This document shows, piece after piece, positions 52,501 through 64,000 of a stretch of 64,000 nt of DNA. The notes under the pieces are model-generated. The model saw only the letters and a program-made list of their open reading frames with translations. It was not told the DNA's origin and did not search any database. Made by a program: the position numbers and the translations under genes. This stretch comes from Bugula neritina (lineage: Eukaryota; Animalia; Bryozoa). Location of the stretch: assembly GCA_964035545.1 (NCBI GenBank), contig OZ037768.1, positions 13,463,675-13,527,674 of the forward strand. Direction: 5' to 3'. The stretch's first letter is position 1; each line of letters opens with the position of its first letter.

Positions 52501-53322
52501 TGATTATATGCTTGCATACTAATTTATTACTGCATCAAATAAAGTCAGGCTTTTTGTTTCAGTCAGAAATTAGTAAACTTATAAAAACTACCAGAAATTA
52601 TTACATGCAAAATAAACATCAGTTCATTACCTGGCCCTTCAGGTAAGACTTAAACCCTTTACGTTTGCTCCGATAATGTAATGTCAGGCCATCTTCTGTC
52701 TCATCAGTTACAAAGAAAGATGGAGGCTTTATTTTTGGATAACTAAACCTTAGATACTCGTGCAGGTTGTCCAAATTGTTCAAAAAATCTCGAAGATTTC
52801 GACCCAGAACCTTTAAAAGTCTATATAAATATAAATAACATAAATTTAACACATTCAAAAAGAGCAAAAATAAAGGTTTTCAACAACAATAAATGCATCA
52901 GATACTTACTATGTTTCTATGGTATTTACACCAACTGACCTGTCATAGTTATATCTTGACATATACGAGACAAAACTAACACCAAAAGACTCCATCAGCT
53001 CCTCTTGAGGCATACCAGTGACATCCTGAGCAGCTCGAGCCAAACGTGGAATGACAGTTTCGCTATACACCTACGCCATGGAAACAACAGTAAGTGCTTG
53101 CCTCTCTAGGGAAACTAGAAGGTACACATCTACATAGAACTTCATATTGCAATCCTTTATATAGCTTATATACAGGATTCTGGCTTGTTAGCAAATACTT
53201 ACTTTAAAGGAGTCAAAACCAGAGTGGGTGATGTTGGCTTTCTGTCTGACTTTTGTCAAAGTCTCTTCACCAAACACAACTCTCAGATAAGAGTAGATTC
53301 CTTCTAGTAGCAGTCCGTACAT
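43545..53322 (-). CDS. Atypical soluble guanylyl cyclase (Gyc88E/beta3-like): H-NOX, PAS, coiled coil, cyclase, S/P-rich tail ending in CAAX
   Basis: MYGLLLE start; [12 protein letters not shown] (heme His); YRSKR; FPFH; [22 protein letters not shown]; [11 protein letters not shown]; [11 protein letters not shown]; [25 protein letters not shown]; [12 protein letters not shown]. About 14 exons; ends ...TACILL*. Confidence 0.94.
45939..47705. mobile_element. Non-autonomous hAT DNA transposon (1767 bp) in a guanylyl cyclase intron
   Basis: 14-bp perfect TIRs CAGGGATGTAGTGG / CCACTACATCCCTG; 8-bp TSD CAGTGAGA at 45931-45938 and 47706-47713; GC-rich subterminal region; no intact transposase ORF. 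Confidence 0.93.
48400..48670. repeat. Inverted-repeat element with a central degenerate telomere-like (CCCTAA) tract
   Basis: AAAAATGGCAC repeats on the left, GTGCCATTTTT repeats on the right; centre 48485-48598 made of CCCTAA/CCTAAA/CCCCAA variants. Confidence 0.75.
51150..51306. repeat. Tandem repeat, unit about 27 bp (TATGTTTGTACTATATGCAGTTATATG)
   Basis: About 5 copies in a guanylyl cyclase intron. Confidence 0.85.
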
Positions 53323-54626
53323 CGTAATCTGAAAAATAATTTCAAACATGGTTAATTTATTTTTTAAAATCAAAATCTATAAAATATGCTGGCAACTTAC
53401 GTAATGAATATAATATATTCACCTAAAATGAATTGCAGAGAAAGTCTCCTGCAGAAAAATTACAATGCTTTTGCTTTTATTTTTCTAAGCATATGAAATA
53501 TTGAATATTAAATTTTGCGTATATGTAATGGCAGCAGTTCACACAACACTGGCTGCGACAAGCAATGCCCTAAAGAATCTCTTAGCGCAATATTTATATG
53601 TTATGGAATAATTGATTTTTAAGATTGGGATATGAAGGATTGACATATTCAATAATACATAATTAAAATGAACTGCAAGACATCTGATTACACATGGGGC
53701 CAGCTTATACTCCTTACTGTCATTAGTAAGTCGTATAAGTTAGACTTAGAAACTTCAATAAAGCTACATTAAAATTGTCAAGTATTGGAAAATAAAGTAT
53801 GATCTGACAGAGTAAAATAAGACCACATTTGTGAGCACAATATGCTGTTACTGACAGGATATCTGATACATCCATGCAAAGTAATGTTATCATTGCACAG
53901 CCTTCAGGCTATTATGAGAGTCATACGTGATGTTTATAATAACTCATGTGCAGAATATATTACAGATGTTCAAGCATATGAGCAGTGAGCTAATAGTAAA
54001 TAGAGCAGGGCATTTTTCAAGATCAGGCTTGTATAACATTCACTTGTCTGTAAGCTACAGCAGAGGAAGCTGCTTCTAAAAGTTTATTCTGTAAATCATG
54101 CCTAGCTGTGCTGCAACAATTTAGTTGTTTACAAGAAGAATGAAGTTTGGTAAAAATTTATTCTGAATAGCAAATTTAGCTACATACATGTATTTATATT
54201 TACATTCAATTTGCTAAAAAGTTATAGCCAAGTCAATGAAGTGCTACACTTACACTATATATATTCTGAGCAATCTTTGAGCAAAGCCATTTATAATACA
54301 TTATTTACAATATATTGAACATAATGATTTCACCATATCCAAAACTGATCATGAACAAAACAACACAAATAACTTGAAATACATTATAATATGGGTATAA
54401 TATGTAGAGTATGCAAAACAATACATAGTCTACAAAAGTGTGACATATTAAATTTTGACATCTACATTCAAAGTTACCAATATTGAGCATAAAACAAGAA
54501 ATGTACAGACTAGAAAGTGGCTTGTCCACTAATACTTAGGTCAATCAAGAAAGTGGGAGTCAGTTAGTGTCATGCTGGTGATAGAATCAATGTACTGCAA
54601 CTTCATTAGAACAGATCCAAATTAAA

Positions 54627-62346
<7,720 letters not shown>

Positions 62347-64000
62347 CTTGTAGAATTATTCCTATAATTAAAAAGAAAGTAAAAAATTCAGCAACACCAA
62401 TATGAAACTTGGATATATTGGCATTGTATTAATTGATAATATTAAACCATACCCCTAGTCTTGAATCATTTATATTTAAATTACTTTTAGTATACTACTG
62501 CTAAACAAAGCCCTGCCACAGTAAATGGCTATTCATATAGCCTTTTTGTTACAAAAACACAGTTATTGAAAAAACTACAAAACTAGGTTTTTGCTTCAAA
62601 CTCCTTCATGCAGCTAGATATTTAGCGTACAAACAATAACAGAAGAAATATTACCTGAGGTATTGGTCAACTTACTTCTAAAGTGAGTCTTGTAGAAAAT
62701 TGTGCTTGCTTACCTGAACACAGTAGTTCTTGAACTGCTCAACTGCTCATTATTTAATCATTCAGACGGTCTGCATCTAAATTCACCAATAATTCAATAA
62801 CATTTAACTAAACAACTGCTTCAAGAATAAAATTGCCAACATGCTAATTTTGAGGCTATTAGAGATTTATAAGAGATCCATTAGTTAAAAATGTAGAATA
62901 TTTACTCTTTTTCATTTGAATTTAGTTCTGTCATTTTATTTATGCTCTATAATTTAAAATTCCTAGTATTAAATCAGTTCTGGTGACTGTAGTGATGAGT
63001 GATACAGTTGACATTAATGCTGAGACACCATAATCTAACCTTGTAAAATGGCTGTTGTCAACAGGTTACATTCTATCTCTTATACAAACTTTAATAGTCA
63101 TTGCACCAATAAGCATACATATAATACTATTATAACCAACTTGTATTTAAAAAACTTAGCAATGGAGTCCAGCAAAATACAACTTTTGCTACAAACGTTT
63201 GTGCTGCACTGAATAGCGCAAATAAACAAGAACAGGCTTTCATACATCACACATGCCAAAAACTTCTGTACTTAGTATCGGTTTGCTTTCAAATTCATTC
63301 AAGTCAACTGAGTTGCTTGTTCAATTGTTAAAGTCATTGCTCAAATTTAACTTATATTTTAATTTGAAAGCTAGGTCCAAAATAAGAAAAGTAGGGTGGG
63401 TGACTTTATAGATTCCAGCACATTTAGTTGGACTAACTGTTAAATGTTGTAAGATCTCTGCAATTAAAGAGCTGCAAATTAAAACTTTAGCCGTGAGTAC
63501 TGATATAGAGTACATAACTGCAGACCTGATCATATTGATTTAAAATCAAAAGGCACAAACTTTAACTTAGCAAATTTTCATTAAGATTGAGAAATGAAAA
63601 ATATTTATATACAAGAAACTAAAGTAGTACTATAAAATATTCATAATTTATAGCCACATCAGGCCCTCCTACTGTTTTAATCAGGCCCTCAGCCAATCAC
63701 TAGGAATTCTAATAATTTCATTGGTTTCTAAATCATTCACAGTAAGTGTGCGCTAAGCAACACAGGCCAATCATGAACATGACTCATGAGAGGATTCTGG
63801 CCAATGTATAGTTGTTGAAACTAATAATCACCTTCAGTGAGCATAAGCATAGCAGTATTACAACTTGAGTTGTGTGATGTTGCTCCAACAACAGTTAGCT
63901 TCTACACTTCACCAGTAACCAGTAAGAAGTACTCTACACTAGCTAAACTGGGACTAAGAGCACTAAGCATATTTGGTTATACTTAAAACTTTGAATGCAT

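Noticed and set aside
53071-53086. X-box-like GTTTCCATGGCG in the cyclase gene
   Set aside because: The second half-site is poor and the sequence coincides with a splice acceptor region.

Overview
AT-rich, intron-rich animal genomic DNA, probably from an invertebrate; the taxon cannot be fixed from sequence alone. Seven protein-coding genes were assembled by hand from GT-AG exons. In order: BAX-like Bcl-2 family gene (-, runs off the left edge, missed by the ORF track); LDAH lipid-droplet hydrolase (+); AGBL2/CCP2 tubulin deglutamylase (-, about 21 kb); RPL39 (+, missed by the ORF track); a secreted CUB-LDLa4-CUB3-LDLa-trypsin protease (-); an atypical Gyc88E-type soluble guanylyl cyclase ending in a CAAX box (-); and MCM8 (-). 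BAX/LDAH and AGBL2/RPL39 are head-to-head pairs. Introns carry many non-autonomous elements: MITEs, a 430-bp near-perfect palindrome, a 1.77-kb hAT element with an 8-bp TSD, and tRNA-derived SINEs. The best leads are a U12-type intron signature in BAX, an exact in-frame 17-nt copy of the AGBL2 zinc-site motif (LHGHSR) in its own C-terminal tail, a SINE whose TSD duplicates a splice donor, O2-sensor hallmarks in the cyclase, and hexamer-periodic tracts flanking both bidirectional promoters. I see no evidence for a novel multi-gene system; the genes look functionally unrelated. Exon boundaries were read by eye and may be off by a few bases.
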